IMG/VR virus record: IMGVR_UViG_3300003937_000343
Location: 6,693-70,692 of that record
Source: a virus
Reading direction: 5' to 3' (one strand)
Length of the DNA stretch: 64,000 nt
In this document: positions 1-11,049 of the stretch, piece by piece
Position numbering within the stretch: the stretch's first letter is position 1
How the letters are laid out: every line of letters begins with the position of its first letter
Translations under genes and position numbers: made by a program
The notes under the pieces: generated by a model
The model's database searches: none
The model's input: the letters and a program-made list of their open reading frames with translations, nothing else
Told to the model about the DNA's origin: nothing

Positions 1-1
1 T

Positions 2-3000
2 CTTTTTATAAGTTCAAGTGCATTTAAAGTAAAACACGATGGTGAAGTAAGCGGTTCAGATGTATTATTTACTGGTGGTAAAGTTGGTGGATTTGAAATT
101 GTTAGTGATGGATTAAGTTCTGTTAATGACTCATTTCAAGTTACAGGTTCAACAGGACAAGTTAGTGGTTCTCAAGTATATTTCGATGGTGGTAAAATTG
201 GTGGATTTGTACTTACATCAACTGAATTATATAGTTTAGATAGTGGAACACCAGACTCTACTCCTGATACAGGTATCACAATAGATACAACAGGTGGTGG
301 AAATAGTAAAGGTGTAATAAGAATTTATGACGGAACTACTGTAAATGCTGCTTTAGGTAATTGGACAAGTGGTAAATATGGTATTTATGCTCAAGAAGGT
401 TTAATTGGTGGTTGGACTGTTACTTCAACCGAGTTATATAATTTAGCAAGTGGAACACCTGATTCATCCCCAGATACAGGTATGACAATAGATACAACAG
501 GTGGTTCAAATAGTGCAGCAGTAGTACGAGTTTATGATGGAACTACTGTAAATGCCGCTTTAGGTAATTGGGCTAGTGGAAAATATGGTGTTTATGCAAT
601 TGAAGGAGATATTGGTGGATGGGTAATAGATTCCAATAGTATATATAAAAATAATATAGTATTAAGTTCTAACAATTCTATAATTTCTATTGGTGGTACT
701 ACTTTCGGAAGTGCTGGAATACAACTTCAATATGCAGATTCACAAGGTAAGTTTTATGCTGGTGATGGTTCTAATAATCATATACGATATAATGAAACTG
801 GTGTTGATATAAAAACTGCTAAATTTGAATTAGATACACCAACTCTTGATATTAGTTCTACAAATAGAAGAATAACAATTTCCGATACAGACGGATCAAC
901 AGAGTATGTGAGAATTGGTGAAGTCTCTACAGACGCAAGTGATAAATATGGTATAAAAGTTTGGGATGGAACAGGAACAAATGATACTACAGATTTAATT
1001 GCAATGTTTGGTGAACAAGGAAATAAAATTGCTGGTTGGGAGATTACAGGAACTCAAATTAGAACTATACCAACTGCAGGATTAGGTGGATTATTTGCAG
1101 AAGGTGAAAATGGATTAATTATACATTCAAGTGGTAGATTGGAAAGTGCAGATTTTGCAACTAACTTAAAAGGTTGGAGAATTGATACATTAGGTAATGG
1201 TACAGCAGAATTTGAAAACGCAAGAATTAGAGGAACACTAAGAACTGCCGTGTTTGAAAAAGAAAGTGTGAATGTTGTTGGTGGACAATTAATGGTTGCA
1301 AACGCAACAACACTTGAACCATTGAGAAGTGGAAGTGTTATATTGGCTGGTAATTCAGGTTCTTCGGCTACCGATGTAACGATGAGTATGGCAAATATTA
1401 GTGGATTTGTTAAAGATGAAATTATAAAGGCTAAAAGGGTTGGACAAACTGGATTTAGTGTAGAGTATTTACAAGTAACGGGTTCTAAGAGATATTCCAC
1501 AGACCCAGCATTAGCACATATTACTGGTTCACAAATAGACCCAGATGGATTAGCAGGAGAACTTTATGTTGGTAGGGGATATGGAACGATTACAAATATT
1601 TCATCATCAATTGGTACATTAGATGGTAATATATCTAATCCCGCTAAATATAGTACAAGTCAAAGTATTGTTTTGGATTTGGGTAGTAATACAGTTAATG
1701 TACAAGATGTAATAAAAATTGGTACTGAGAAATTTAAAATTATTTCTGGTTCGGTTACTGGGAATACTGGGGCTGATCAAACAGTTGAAGTATTAAGAGA
1801 TTTTCATAATACAGACACAGGATCTCATTCTGATGGAGCAACTGTATTTAAAATAAATGGGGATAATGAATTCTTACAAGGATTGGTTTCAACTGCTGTA
1901 TCATATAATGAAGGACAAGTTTTTGTATCGACTGGTAAATATGATGCTTCGGCAGATTTATCAAGTGGTTATATACTGATGAATGCTAATCCAAATGATA
2001 TCTCGACACCATATATGGATATTGTTGAGAGAACTGGTAGTGGAGTTTATGATTTACAATTAAGAACAAGACTTGGTGATTTAAGTGGATTAAGTAGTGC
2101 TTATTTATATGGAGATGAAGAACCAGGATTTGGGTTATATACAGAAAATGGTTTCTTTAGAGGAACTCTACATGCAATGACAGGAAGTATTCATGGAATA
2201 CTTAATGTGGCTACACAACAAGGTGGTATAGAAACTGGACAAAAAATTACTATTGGTAGAGGAGTAGATGGAACACACGATGGTTTTAGAATTAATAATA
2301 ATAACTATTGGTTTACAACTGGTGAATTTCGTGCAGGTGATGCAACAAATTATTTTCATGTAAGTGGCACGGAAGCAAATATAGCAAGTAATATATCAAT
2401 TAAAACAGATGACTTTAATATTGATACTTCAACATTTGATGTAAGTACAGATAATGGTGGTAAAGTTGCATTAGGAACTTTAACAGGTGTAAATCCATCA
2501 ACAACTAATCGTGGGTTGTTTGCAAGTGGCAGTGGAGAAGTTTTAATAAAAGGTGGTACTGATAGTAGTAAAGATTATTTATTATTTAATGAATCTGGTA
2601 TGACGATAAGTGTTGATGATATTGATATTACGGCTACCGAGTTTGATTTATCAAGTACTGGTTTAAAAATTGATAATGATCATATTCATTTAGGAACAAT
2701 AACAACCGATACCGATGTAACTGGAGCTGGATTTTATGCAAGTAGTAGTGGAGTGTTTAGGGTTCAAGGTGATGCAGATAATTATCTAAGAATATCTGCA
2801 GGTGCAATGGATATTAAATCCGAAACTTTTAATTTAGATGCAACTACAGTTGTAATAGATTCTGCAACCAATAGTGGTAAGATAGCACTTGGAGCATCAC
2901 CAAATTCGAGTATTGCAGGAACTGGTAAGGGTGTTTATATGGATGGAACTGGTGATTTCTTACTTTATGGAAGTGCTACTAATTTATTTAAATTTGACGC

Positions 3001-5641
3001 AGCTGGTACGGCTATTACTATGAAATCAGATACCTTTTCATTAACAGGAACTAATTTAGAATTATCAAATACCAAATTTAAAATGGGTACTGTAGCAGAC
3101 GCAACTACAACTGCCACCACCAATAGTGGTTTCTATGTAGATAGTAGTGGAAACTTTTTAGTAAAAGGTAATACAAGTGGTGCAAATTATTTTAAAGTAA
3201 CTGCAGGTGGTGCTATTGATGTGAATGCAACAACATTTAATCTAACCGCAAACACAAACGATTTAATTATAGATAGTGCTGGACATTATATATCATTAGC
3301 AGATGGAAATATAACACTTGATGGAACGAGTACTGGATTTTTTGAAATAGGTGGATTGACAAGTACTGCGGCCAGTCAAACTGCCAAAGGTGTATATTTT
3401 GAAGGTGATGGAGATTTTATTATAAAATCAAATACTACTGCTAATGAAAATTACATTCAAGGTGTAGGTGGAGATTTAATAATAAAGGCAGATGATATTG
3501 ATATTACATCTACAACTTTTGATTTAAATGCAGGAAGTGGTAAACTTGTAATTGGAAGTTCAACACCAAGTATAGCATTAACTACCGCGGACGCTACATT
3601 TAGTGTCGGTTCAATCACATCCGATTCCGATACAACTGGTGCAGGTGTATTTATGGATGGAAATGGCCACTTTAGAGTTATTGGAGATGCTGATAATCAA
3701 ATTATAGTTGATGGTGGGGATATGACTATTAAGTCGCAAGATTTAACTCTTTTATCAACATACTTTACTGCTTCATCAGATCATGGTGGATATATATCAT
3801 TGCCCACTACAGCAAGTAATGCTGGTTATCCAGGAGATGATACATGGACTACACAAAATGGTGTATGGTTAAGTGGTAGTGGAGAATTTAATTTAAAACA
3901 AGATGGATCTAGATATATAAGACATATCAAGGGCCAAGGTATTGAAATGGCTTTTCCAAACTTCTCAGTTGATTCGGATGGAAATATGACTGCAAATAGT
4001 GCATCATTTATGGGAGATATACAAGCTAAATCAGGATTCTTTGGACAAAGTACTGGTTCGGGTTGGGTTATAGATGGTGCCACAATAAGAGATGATGATA
4101 GTCAAATTGTTATTGATGGTACATCTACTTCACCAAGTATTACGATTGTATCCCAAAGTTTTTCAGCAGAAATGGTACCAGATTTTACTCCTGGTTCAGT
4201 AATATTAGCAGGTGGTGGGTTAGCATATAATAGTGGAGTTCAAGGAATAGATTCAAGTCCAGAGGATACACAGACTGGAACAATTACCAATGGAAACAAT
4301 TTTGCCACGGCCAATACGGTATTTCAAGGATTTACAGCTGTAACTGGTGGTACTTCATCCCCAATGACGGGATCTACAGCTTATGGTGGTATGAATGGTG
4401 GTGATCTTACTGGAGAGGCTACTGCAGCTTCATTAACAGGACCTGATAGAGTTTATAAGAGTTCGGTATCATTAGAACATAAAACTACAGTTTCAAGTAA
4501 TGATATAAATGATTCAGGTATTAATAATTGGATGACACTTGGTGGTGCATCATATACATTAATTTTAAAACTTAGAAAAACTAATGGAACACCGAGTACT
4601 GTGTATGAAGAAACAATAAGTGGTGTCTATTTTACCGATTTTATGGGTGAAAGCTTTACAAGTGCAGGAACTGGACCTTATACTCATGAAATGGTGAAGT
4701 CATTTACAAGAACTGTGAATCATACTGTTGAAACAAATATGGATACATTCCAATGGGAAATTTCAGCTGCAAATACAACAAATGATAATCTTCGTGGAAC
4801 TTATACAAATAGTAATATAGGTAATAAGCCTGGAACTGAATATTTAACACTTACAAGTTGTACAACAGGTATTACGGCGGCATCACACGCACCAAGTAAT
4901 AAAAAGGTTGAGATTGCACCTTCTGGATTCCAAGCAGTATTTTTACAAGAATCCACTTTGGAACACGAGGACAATAGCTATTTCCGCGTAACACCAGCTG
5001 AAGATAAAACGGTTGATATACTGGGTAGTGCTGTTGTAACGGGCTCGTTAAAAATAAAAGAAATAGGTAGTACTGATTATGTAACTATTGATCCAAATGC
5101 TGCAGACGGTATAGCAACCAACAAAGATATTTTAGCAGAAAACATTCAAGGTACAAGGATTGAAGTTGGTGATACAACAAATTATTTTGTAAATGCTACT
5201 ACTGGAACAAATGGAATATTGGTTACAACAGCTGGAACTCCTGATTTCTTATTTGCTGATAGTGGGGATTTCCATGCCGGCAGAGATATAATTGGATATT
5301 CAGCAGATAGTAATGTATCAGATATAAAATTTAAAGAAAATATTTTACCAATCCATGATGCTCTATTTAAAGTTAAACAATTGAGAGGGGTGGAGTTTGA
5401 TTGGAAAAAATCATTTAATGATAATGGGCATGATATAGGATTTGTTGCTCAAGAAGTAGAAAAAATTGATGGTTTGGGTGTATTGGTTAAAGACAAGAAG
5501 AATTTCAAAACTGAAGAAGATATGAAAACACTTTCATATACAAAGGTTGTACCATTATTAGTAGAAGCTATAAAAGAACAACAGATTCAGATAGAAGAAT
5601 TGCAATCTAAATTGGAGAAGTTAGATGGCAGTATCGGGTAG
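2..5641 (+). CDS. Long tail fibre protein with C-terminal intramolecular chaperone (Peptidase_S74-like); 5' end lies outside the window
   Basis: The frame of the 482..5641 ORF is open from position 2. Gly/Thr/Ser-rich beta repeats; C-terminus SDIKFKENI...LRGVEFDW...IGFVAQEVE...LVEAIKEQQIQIEEL matches the S74 chaperone pattern. Confidence 0.85.
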   Translation, partial: LFISSSAFKVKHDGEVSGSDVLFTGGKVGGFEIVSDGLSSVNDSFQVTGSTGQVSGSQVYFDGGKIGGFVLTSTELYSLDSGTPDSTPDTGITIDTTGGGNSKGVIRIYDGTTVNAALGNWTSGKYGIYAQEGLIGGWTVTSTELYNLASGTPDSSPDTGMTIDTTGGSNSAAVVRVYDGTTVNAALGNWASGKYGVYAIEGDIGGWVIDSNSIYKNNIVLSSNNSIISIGGTTFGSAGIQLQYADSQGKFYAGDGSNNHIRYNETGVDIKTAKFELDTPTLDISSTNRRITISDTDGSTEYVRIGEVSTDASDKYGIKVWDGTGTNDTTDLIAMFGEQGNKIAGWEITGTQIRTIPTAGLGGLFAEGENGLIIHSSGRLESADFATNLKGWRIDTLGNGTAEFENARIRGTLRTAVFEKESVNVVGGQLMVANATTLEPLRSGSVILAGNSGSSATDVTMSMANISGFVKDEIIKAKRVGQTGFSVEYLQVTGSKRYSTDPALAHITGSQIDPDGLAGELYVGRGYGTITNISSSIGTLDGNISNPAKYSTSQSIVLDLGSNTVNVQDVIKIGTEKFKIISGSVTGNTGADQTVEVLRDFHNTDTGSHSDGATVFKINGDNEFLQGLVSTAVSYNEGQVFVSTGKYDASADLSSGYILMNANPNDISTPYMDIVERTGSGVYDLQLRTRLGDLSGLSSAYLYGDEEPGFGLYTENGFFRGTLHAMTGSIHGILNVATQQGGIETGQKITIGRGVDGTHDGFRINNNNYWFTTGEFRAGDATNYFHVSGTEANIASNISIKTDDFNIDTSTFDVSTDNGGKVALGTLTGVNPSTTNRGLFASGSGEVLIKGGTDSSKDYLLFNESGMTISVDDIDITATEFDLSSTGLKIDNDHIHLGTITTDTDVTGAGFYASSSGVFRVQGDADNYLRISAGAMDIKSETFNLDATTVVIDSATNSGKIALGASPNSSIAGTGKGVYMDGTGDFLLYGSATNLFKFDAAGTAITMKSDTFSLTGTNLELSNTKFKMGTVADATTTATTNSGFYVDSSGNFLVKGNTSGANYFKVTAGGAIDVNATTFNLTANTNDLIIDSAGHYISLADGNITLDGTSTGFFEIGGLTSTAASQTAKGVYFEGDGDFIIKSNTTANENYIQGVGGDLIIKADDIDITSTTFDLNAGSGKLVIGSSTPSIALTTADATFSVGSITSDSDTTGAGVFMDGNGHFRVIGDADNQIIVDGGDMTIKSQDLTLLSTYFTASSDHGGYISLPTTASNAGYPGDDTWTTQNGVWLSGSGEFNLKQDGSRYIRHIKGQGIEMAFPNFSVDSDGNMTANSASFMGDIQAKSGFFGQSTGSGWVIDGATIRDDDSQIVIDGTSTSPSITIVSQSFSAEMVPDFTPGSVILAGGGLAYNSGVQGIDSSPEDTQTGTITNGNNFATANTVFQGFTAVTGGTSSPMTGSTAYGGMNGGDLTGEATAASLTGPDRVYKSSVSLEHKTTVSSNDINDSGINNWMTLGGASYTLILKLRKTNGTPSTVYEETISGVYFTDFMGESFTSAGTGPYTHEMVKSFTRTVNHTVETNMDTFQWEISAANTTNDNLRGTYTNSNIGNKPGTEYLTLTSCTTGITAASHAPSNKKVEIAPSGFQAVFLQESTLEHEDNSYFRVTPAEDKTVDILGSAVVTGSLKIKEIGSTDYVTIDPNAADGIATNKDILAENIQGTRIEVGDTTNYFVNATTGTNGILVTTAGTPDFLFADSGDFHAGRDIIGYSADSNVSDIKFKENILPIHDALFKVKQLRGVEFDWKKSFNDNGHDIGFVAQEVEKIDGLGVLVKDKKNFKTEEDMKTLSYTKVVPLLVEAIKEQQIQIEELQSKLEKLDGSIG
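200..625 (+). repeat. Tandem 207-bp (69-aa) duplication within the tail fibre
   Basis: ATAGATACAACAGGTGG at 281 and 488; both copies read ELYxLxSGTPDSxPDTGxTIDTTGG...YDGTTVNAALGNWxSGKYG. Confidence 0.85.
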
Positions 5642-8600
5642 CGGTGAGATAAAATTAAGAGATATTTATAATGAACAGCAAGAGGCTACAGGAGAACCAA
5701 GTGCTAATACAAATATCTCTATGGATAGTCTTGCTGATTCTTATGGAGCTAATGCGGCAAGTACCGTTACATCTCGTGCAACTTTAAGTGGAGATGAAGA
5801 TAAAATAACTGATTTTTATGGTGCAACTTTTCCAGGTACATTTGAAAATTTTGCATTATATCGAAATAGTTATGGTACAAATCAATTAGATGGTGTTGCA
5901 GCAGATGATGATAATTCTGTTATAGTTGAGGGAGAAACAATTGTTCCATATGCATCAACTACACAAGCTTTAGTAGGTGCTGAAAATGCAACATTTGAAA
6001 TAATGACTATAGGTGGTTCATCACTTAGTTCAGTTCAATCTGATGATTCAACGGAATTTCCCGCCAATCAATACCGCGGTGCTGGAATCACACTTTCACC
6101 AGATAATGATACATATGATGGTACGAGTATGAAATTTAGAGTTTATGATACGAATAATACATTCAATGGTAATTTCGGTGATCAAGTCTTTAGATTTTAT
6201 GATAATATAAATACCCATACTACTTCTCAAATCGGGCCATCAGGAAATACATCTGCTACTAAAGTAATGTATGTTGATGCTGCAGATGAAAGTGTTGGTG
6301 ATATTGTTACAGTTCATACAACTACAGTTGGTACTATTAGATCATCATCGTATTCAAATGTTATTAATGAGAACGGAGATGGTGATAATATTAATTATAC
6401 AGAAGGTTTAGAGGGTGCTTTCACAATTGGAAATACACCAGGAAAAATGACATTTTCATATACTCATTGGAATTATCCATATAGTACAACTTCTGGTGGT
6501 TCTCGTAATACAAGTACAAATACAGCAGTTCTTGATATACGATATAATAATGCAATTGATTCATTAGCAATAGATGACACAACAATAAATGTTTCATCGG
6601 TAGATGGTGCAAATAATGCTACTTTTACTTGTTATTCGGAAGGATATAGTGGAACACTTACGATTGGATATGATGATAATGCTACCGCAAGTGATACAAC
6701 ATATACTAATACAACTGAAGCAGTTAGTACATTATATGTGAGAGAATCCATAAGTAAAAATTTCACTATAAGTTCTGCAGGTACATATTATCCAAAAGCA
6801 CATCATGGTGGAAATGCTGTAGTGGGTTCTTCATTTATAGTAGCTCCAGCACTTGCGTATACAACAACTAACAATCAAACAATAAATGTAAGTACAACTC
6901 AAGCTTTTGCAGCTTCAGTTTCAGCTGGTACTAATGCAAGTGTGGCAGTTACTTCAAGTCCAGATATTGGTAGTGGAACGACTACTGCCACAATGACACC
7001 ACTTTTAAAAACTGGTGATTTTACAATAAGTTACGCTGGTACTGCAGATTATTTACCCAATAATGTGAATAATCAAACTGATATTTTATCTGTAGACCCA
7101 ACTCTTAGTGTGTCTCTTGCAGATAATCAAGGTGGAAATAATTTTCCTATAAATGATGCTCATAGTGATACCATTACATCTGGTACACATGGTGTAAGTC
7201 CAACTGTATTCACACATACACCCACTGCGGTGGGAACTTTACAAAATGGAAATGCATTAGCTTATGCTTGGTCAGCAGCAAGTTCGAATTTTACTTATAC
7301 GAGTGGCACCGTTTCAACTGCTGGAGCAGTTTCTTTTAAGAAGAATAGTTCAGGTACACTTTCACACTCATTAACCGTTACGGGAGATGATGATAGAACT
7401 GCAACAGATTCAAGTTCTGTAGTTTGTCAATCGGTAACAAAAACAGTTGCAGGGTCGACAAGTGATGTATTGAGAATAGGAACTACTTTTACGGTAACGA
7501 GTATTAGTACAGCATATACACAAACGGTAGCACTTTATCGTCAAAATTCGTTGGACGGTTGGGATAAAATAGCTAATGGAGTATCTGTTGCTAGTACTAT
7601 AAATTTTTCTTTGACTGGTGATGCTTGGATTCCTGATGCAACTGCACGGGCCGTTAGGTTAGTGGATGATGATAATACTGGTATTTATGCTGCTTTGGGT
7701 AATTTTGCTATCTTGAATGTATTGCCTGTTATTAATGACTTTACTGCAACAGCATCAACCGTAATAGGTAGAATTGATTTAGCATGGACTACAACTAGCG
7801 CAACTACTGTAAGTATAAATCAAAGTGTGGGTTCACAAGGAAGTATGGATGGAAGTACTTCTAAAACTGGAATAGCTAATAATACATCAATGACATTTAC
7901 TATAACGGCAGGAAATGCCAATAGTGAAACGGTAACGGCTACAGCTAGCGCAACAACTCTTAATCCAACTATAACTCTTGGTGCTCCTGATATTAGTTCA
8001 TGGACTTGGGGAGATTCAGGAAATGTTACTTTAGTTGCACAGAAAAACTTTTCCAATGCACTTGATTGCCATATGGGTTATGATTTAACAACCGCTAGTG
8101 GAACAAGTGGTACTGAATTACAAACTATAACTGCAGGTAGTGGTACGGTTTCTACTAATTTTAATGTGGTTTTCGAAAAAAATAATTGGACTTATGCGAG
8201 TAGTTTAGGTAGTGCAATAACTGATTTTAGAGTAGGAAATTCATCTGCCGCATGGGTTGTACGAGAGAGTGCCGCAACCGTTAGTGATTTTGCTACACCA
8301 AATGATGCAACTAATCTTTCAGCAACAGGAACTTCTGGAACTGCAATATTCGTCAATTGGGATGATCCAAGCGGTACATTTACAGGAGTACAAGTTTATG
8401 GTGCACCAGAGAGTATTGGAGCTTCCCAACTGGGTTCAAATATTACTAATGGCCAAGCATCACAATATTCACATACGGGATTAAATGATTCTCAACCTTA
8501 TGTTTATTATATAAGAGCATATTATAGTAGAACTGCTAATGGTGTAACAAGAACAAATTATAATAGTTCTGGTACTGTAACGGGTAATGTAATAGGTTGG

Positions 8601-9836
8601 ACAACTGAAGTAGTTTATGGAAGTACAATGTCTCCAACGGGAGGAACTGGTTGGAGTGATAGTGGAGTAAGTTCAGCACAAGAAGATGCATACAACGGAC
8701 AAGGTGGTAATAGCTCAACATTACATCATTTAACTTCACAAGTTTTAGGTACACATGATGTTACACTACACAGGACAGAAGATGGAACAATATGGGATGG
8801 TAATGATACATGGTTTAGTACAGGAGAAACCCCTGATGTACTTTATATAACTTCAGCTGGAGTGGCAACTGCAGCAACCTATATTGCAGGAGCAAATGCA
8901 AAACCAGATGCTCCAGCAAATGGTACGGCAACTGCAAATAGTACTTCACAAATCACATTAGGTTGGACTTGTGGTTCATCAATAGAAGATAGTTTTAAAA
9001 TTTTTAGAAGTACATCAAGCTATCCAAGTACTTCTGGTACACTTATAGCAACAACAGCTGCAAATGCAACTTCATATGTTAATGCATCATTGGATGATAA
9101 TGAACAATATTATTATTCAATATATTCTTATAATGGTACGACTTATTCAAGTGTTAGAGCAACTGCAACCGCAACAACACCAATATCACCAACAGTAGAT
9201 AGTTTCTCAGCAGCTGCATCAGTTACTAATGGACAAATAGATATAACCTGGACAACATCAAATATTGGTCAAGTAACATTATATTCTTCAGCAAATAATG
9301 GAATGACGAGCGCATCCACCTTATTTGATTCTACAGCTTCATCAAAATATGATTGGACACATAATGATACAGGTTTGGGTAATAGTACAACACGATATTA
9401 TCAATTACGAGTAATAGGTAATGGTGAAACTGTATATAGTTCCGTTATAAATGCTACTACAAATGCAGGAACCACAGCTTGGAGTAGTGTACCACCGGAT
9501 TTTTCTATGGAGCATATTCCCTTTGCAACAGAATATTCAGCTGTAAAAACAATTACTTTAGCTAATGGAAGTGGAAATACAACTGTGAGTCAAACTGGTG
9601 GTGTACAAGTAGCATTGAGTACATCTGGAGATCCTGGAACAAGTGGTACTGGTAATAGTGGTACTGGGTTTGCAACCAGTAAGTCCATATCTCATACAAC
9701 AGGAACACTTTATATGAGATTTAAATTCGAACATCCAAAAGCTGAAGGTAATTTTAATTCAGATGTAACAATTACAAATAATAGTGTAAGTAATACAGCT
9801 CTTGATATTGATGTTACTACTGCAGGTGGTTCGTAG
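5625..9836 (+). CDS. Large virion adhesin/fibre-associated protein with Ig-like/fibronectin type III domains
   Basis: Thr/Ser-rich beta protein. FN3-like segments ATNLSATGTSGTAIFVNW...YSHTGLNDSQPYVYYIRAY and PDAPANGTATANSTSQITLGW...LDDNEQYYYSIYSYN. Overlaps the tail fibre stop. Confidence 0.7.
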   Translation: MAVSGSGEIKLRDIYNEQQEATGEPSANTNISMDSLADSYGANAASTVTSRATLSGDEDKITDFYGATFPGTFENFALYRNSYGTNQLDGVAADDDNSVIVEGETIVPYASTTQALVGAENATFEIMTIGGSSLSSVQSDDSTEFPANQYRGAGITLSPDNDTYDGTSMKFRVYDTNNTFNGNFGDQVFRFYDNINTHTTSQIGPSGNTSATKVMYVDAADESVGDIVTVHTTTVGTIRSSSYSNVINENGDGDNINYTEGLEGAFTIGNTPGKMTFSYTHWNYPYSTTSGGSRNTSTNTAVLDIRYNNAIDSLAIDDTTINVSSVDGANNATFTCYSEGYSGTLTIGYDDNATASDTTYTNTTEAVSTLYVRESISKNFTISSAGTYYPKAHHGGNAVVGSSFIVAPALAYTTTNNQTINVSTTQAFAASVSAGTNASVAVTSSPDIGSGTTTATMTPLLKTGDFTISYAGTADYLPNNVNNQTDILSVDPTLSVSLADNQGGNNFPINDAHSDTITSGTHGVSPTVFTHTPTAVGTLQNGNALAYAWSAASSNFTYTSGTVSTAGAVSFKKNSSGTLSHSLTVTGDDDRTATDSSSVVCQSVTKTVAGSTSDVLRIGTTFTVTSISTAYTQTVALYRQNSLDGWDKIANGVSVASTINFSLTGDAWIPDATARAVRLVDDDNTGIYAALGNFAILNVLPVINDFTATASTVIGRIDLAWTTTSATTVSINQSVGSQGSMDGSTSKTGIANNTSMTFTITAGNANSETVTATASATTLNPTITLGAPDISSWTWGDSGNVTLVAQKNFSNALDCHMGYDLTTASGTSGTELQTITAGSGTVSTNFNVVFEKNNWTYASSLGSAITDFRVGNSSAAWVVRESAATVSDFATPNDATNLSATGTSGTAIFVNWDDPSGTFTGVQVYGAPESIGASQLGSNITNGQASQYSHTGLNDSQPYVYYIRAYYSRTANGVTRTNYNSSGTVTGNVIGWTTEVVYGSTMSPTGGTGWSDSGVSSAQEDAYNGQGGNSSTLHHLTSQVLGTHDVTLHRTEDGTIWDGNDTWFSTGETPDVLYITSAGVATAATYIAGANAKPDAPANGTATANSTSQITLGWTCGSSIEDSFKIFRSTSSYPSTSGTLIATTAANATSYVNASLDDNEQYYYSIYSYNGTTYSSVRATATATTPISPTVDSFSAAASVTNGQIDITWTTSNIGQVTLYSSANNGMTSASTLFDSTASSKYDWTHNDTGLGNSTTRYYQLRVIGNGETVYSSVINATTNAGTTAWSSVPPDFSMEHIPFATEYSAVKTITLANGSGNTTVSQTGGVQVALSTSGDPGTSGTGNSGTGFATSKSISHTTGTLYMRFKFEHPKAEGNFNSDVTITNNSVSNTALDIDVTTAGGS

Positions 9837-9837
9837 G

Positions 9838-11016
9838 ATGACTAATAAAGAAATATATGATGTTTATTATTCCACAGGTGGTGGTGATTTAGTTTATGGT
9901 GGTGCCGATTTATGGGTGAATCATTGGATTGAAAATGTTGCACCAAAATTAAAAGTAAAACCAGTGTTGGCAATTCATCGAAAGGCCCCAACAAATCCAT
10001 TATCAATAGAACAAAAACGAGCATTTAAAAGTAGTGTTAAAAAAGGAACTGGTGGTAATGAGGGTAGAAAAATAAATGTATCGTTGAGAACTAATTTTAA
10101 AAAATCTTTAGAGAAAAGAGATAAGGTTTATAAAGAATTAGAAAAAACTAAATCTTGGGAAGAAGTAGTAGAGGATGATTTACAAGTAATTTATCAACCC
10201 GATGATGTGAAAAAATTTCGTGAAGTATTACGAGGAGCAAGACGAATAAATATTCTTCATGGATATTATACAAATAATCCAGATTTTATTGAGATGAAAG
10301 ATAAAATATTTAGTAATGTGGTTCATGTTTGTATTGAGAATACATTTAAAGCACACACCATAATAGAAACAGAATCACAAATGACTTTTGGTATGGATAG
10401 AGAATGGGAAAATGAAATTAATAGTTATGCAAAACATCCTATATGGATTGGATTTAGTAAAACACCATTACATGATAAATTCAATATGAAAGATATTACT
10501 AACTTTTATGAATTTAAACATAATTTAGATGTGAGTGATGACAATACTATTGGATTTGCATCAAGAGTAGAGGCAAGAAAGTGTGTACACTATTTAACAG
10601 ATTTAAAATCAGAAATCTGTACACGAACTGATGATTTATTTTGGTATAGAAAAAATTTAAATATGACATTTCCAAAATCAAAAGTATTTAAATACTCAAA
10701 TGATACCATTGAGTTATTTTATAAGAAAAAGTGGGGAGTTGCACATGTTGCTCACTTATTAGAACCATTTGGATATGGGATATTTCAGGCATTAGATTTT
10801 GGAAAAATCCCTATTATTGCAAGTGATTGGTTGCCTGAATATAATTATCCATTTCGATGTCATGATAAAAAAGGATTTGAAAAGTGTTATAAAGAAATAT
10901 GTGAACTTACAATTGAACAAAGACGAAAATATGTATTTGATTTCCGTGATTATTTAAGAAAATACGATAATAAAAAGAGATGGGCAAAAAATTTCACGGA
11001 TTTATACAACTCATGA
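9838..11016 (+). CDS. Putative GT-B glycosyltransferase
   Basis: Start ATG at 9838 follows the upstream stop. N-terminal GGADLWV and C-terminal EPFGYGIFQALDFGKIPII resemble the GT4 ExFG motif. Confidence 0.55.
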   Translation: MTNKEIYDVYYSTGGGDLVYGGADLWVNHWIENVAPKLKVKPVLAIHRKAPTNPLSIEQKRAFKSSVKKGTGGNEGRKINVSLRTNFKKSLEKRDKVYKELEKTKSWEEVVEDDLQVIYQPDDVKKFREVLRGARRINILHGYYTNNPDFIEMKDKIFSNVVHVCIENTFKAHTIIETESQMTFGMDREWENEINSYAKHPIWIGFSKTPLHDKFNMKDITNFYEFKHNLDVSDDNTIGFASRVEARKCVHYLTDLKSEICTRTDDLFWYRKNLNMTFPKSKVFKYSNDTIELFYKKKWGVAHVAHLLEPFGYGIFQALDFGKIPIIASDWLPEYNYPFRCHDKKGFEKCYKEICELTIEQRRKYVFDFRDYLRKYDNKKRWAKNFTDLYNS

Positions 11017-11023
11017 TATTTAT
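11015..11023 (+). promoter_or_regulatory. Putative phage late promoter motif GATATTTAT
   Basis: The same (G/T)ATATTTAT motif recurs in most non-coding gaps shortly upstream of gene starts. Confidence 0.55.
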
Positions 11024-11049
11024 TATTGAATTAATTTAGGGAAAAAATA

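Noticed and set aside
200-625. Diversity-generating retroelement TR/VR pair
   Set aside because: The copies are tandem and in frame, the differences are not adenine-specific, and no reverse transcriptase is in the window.
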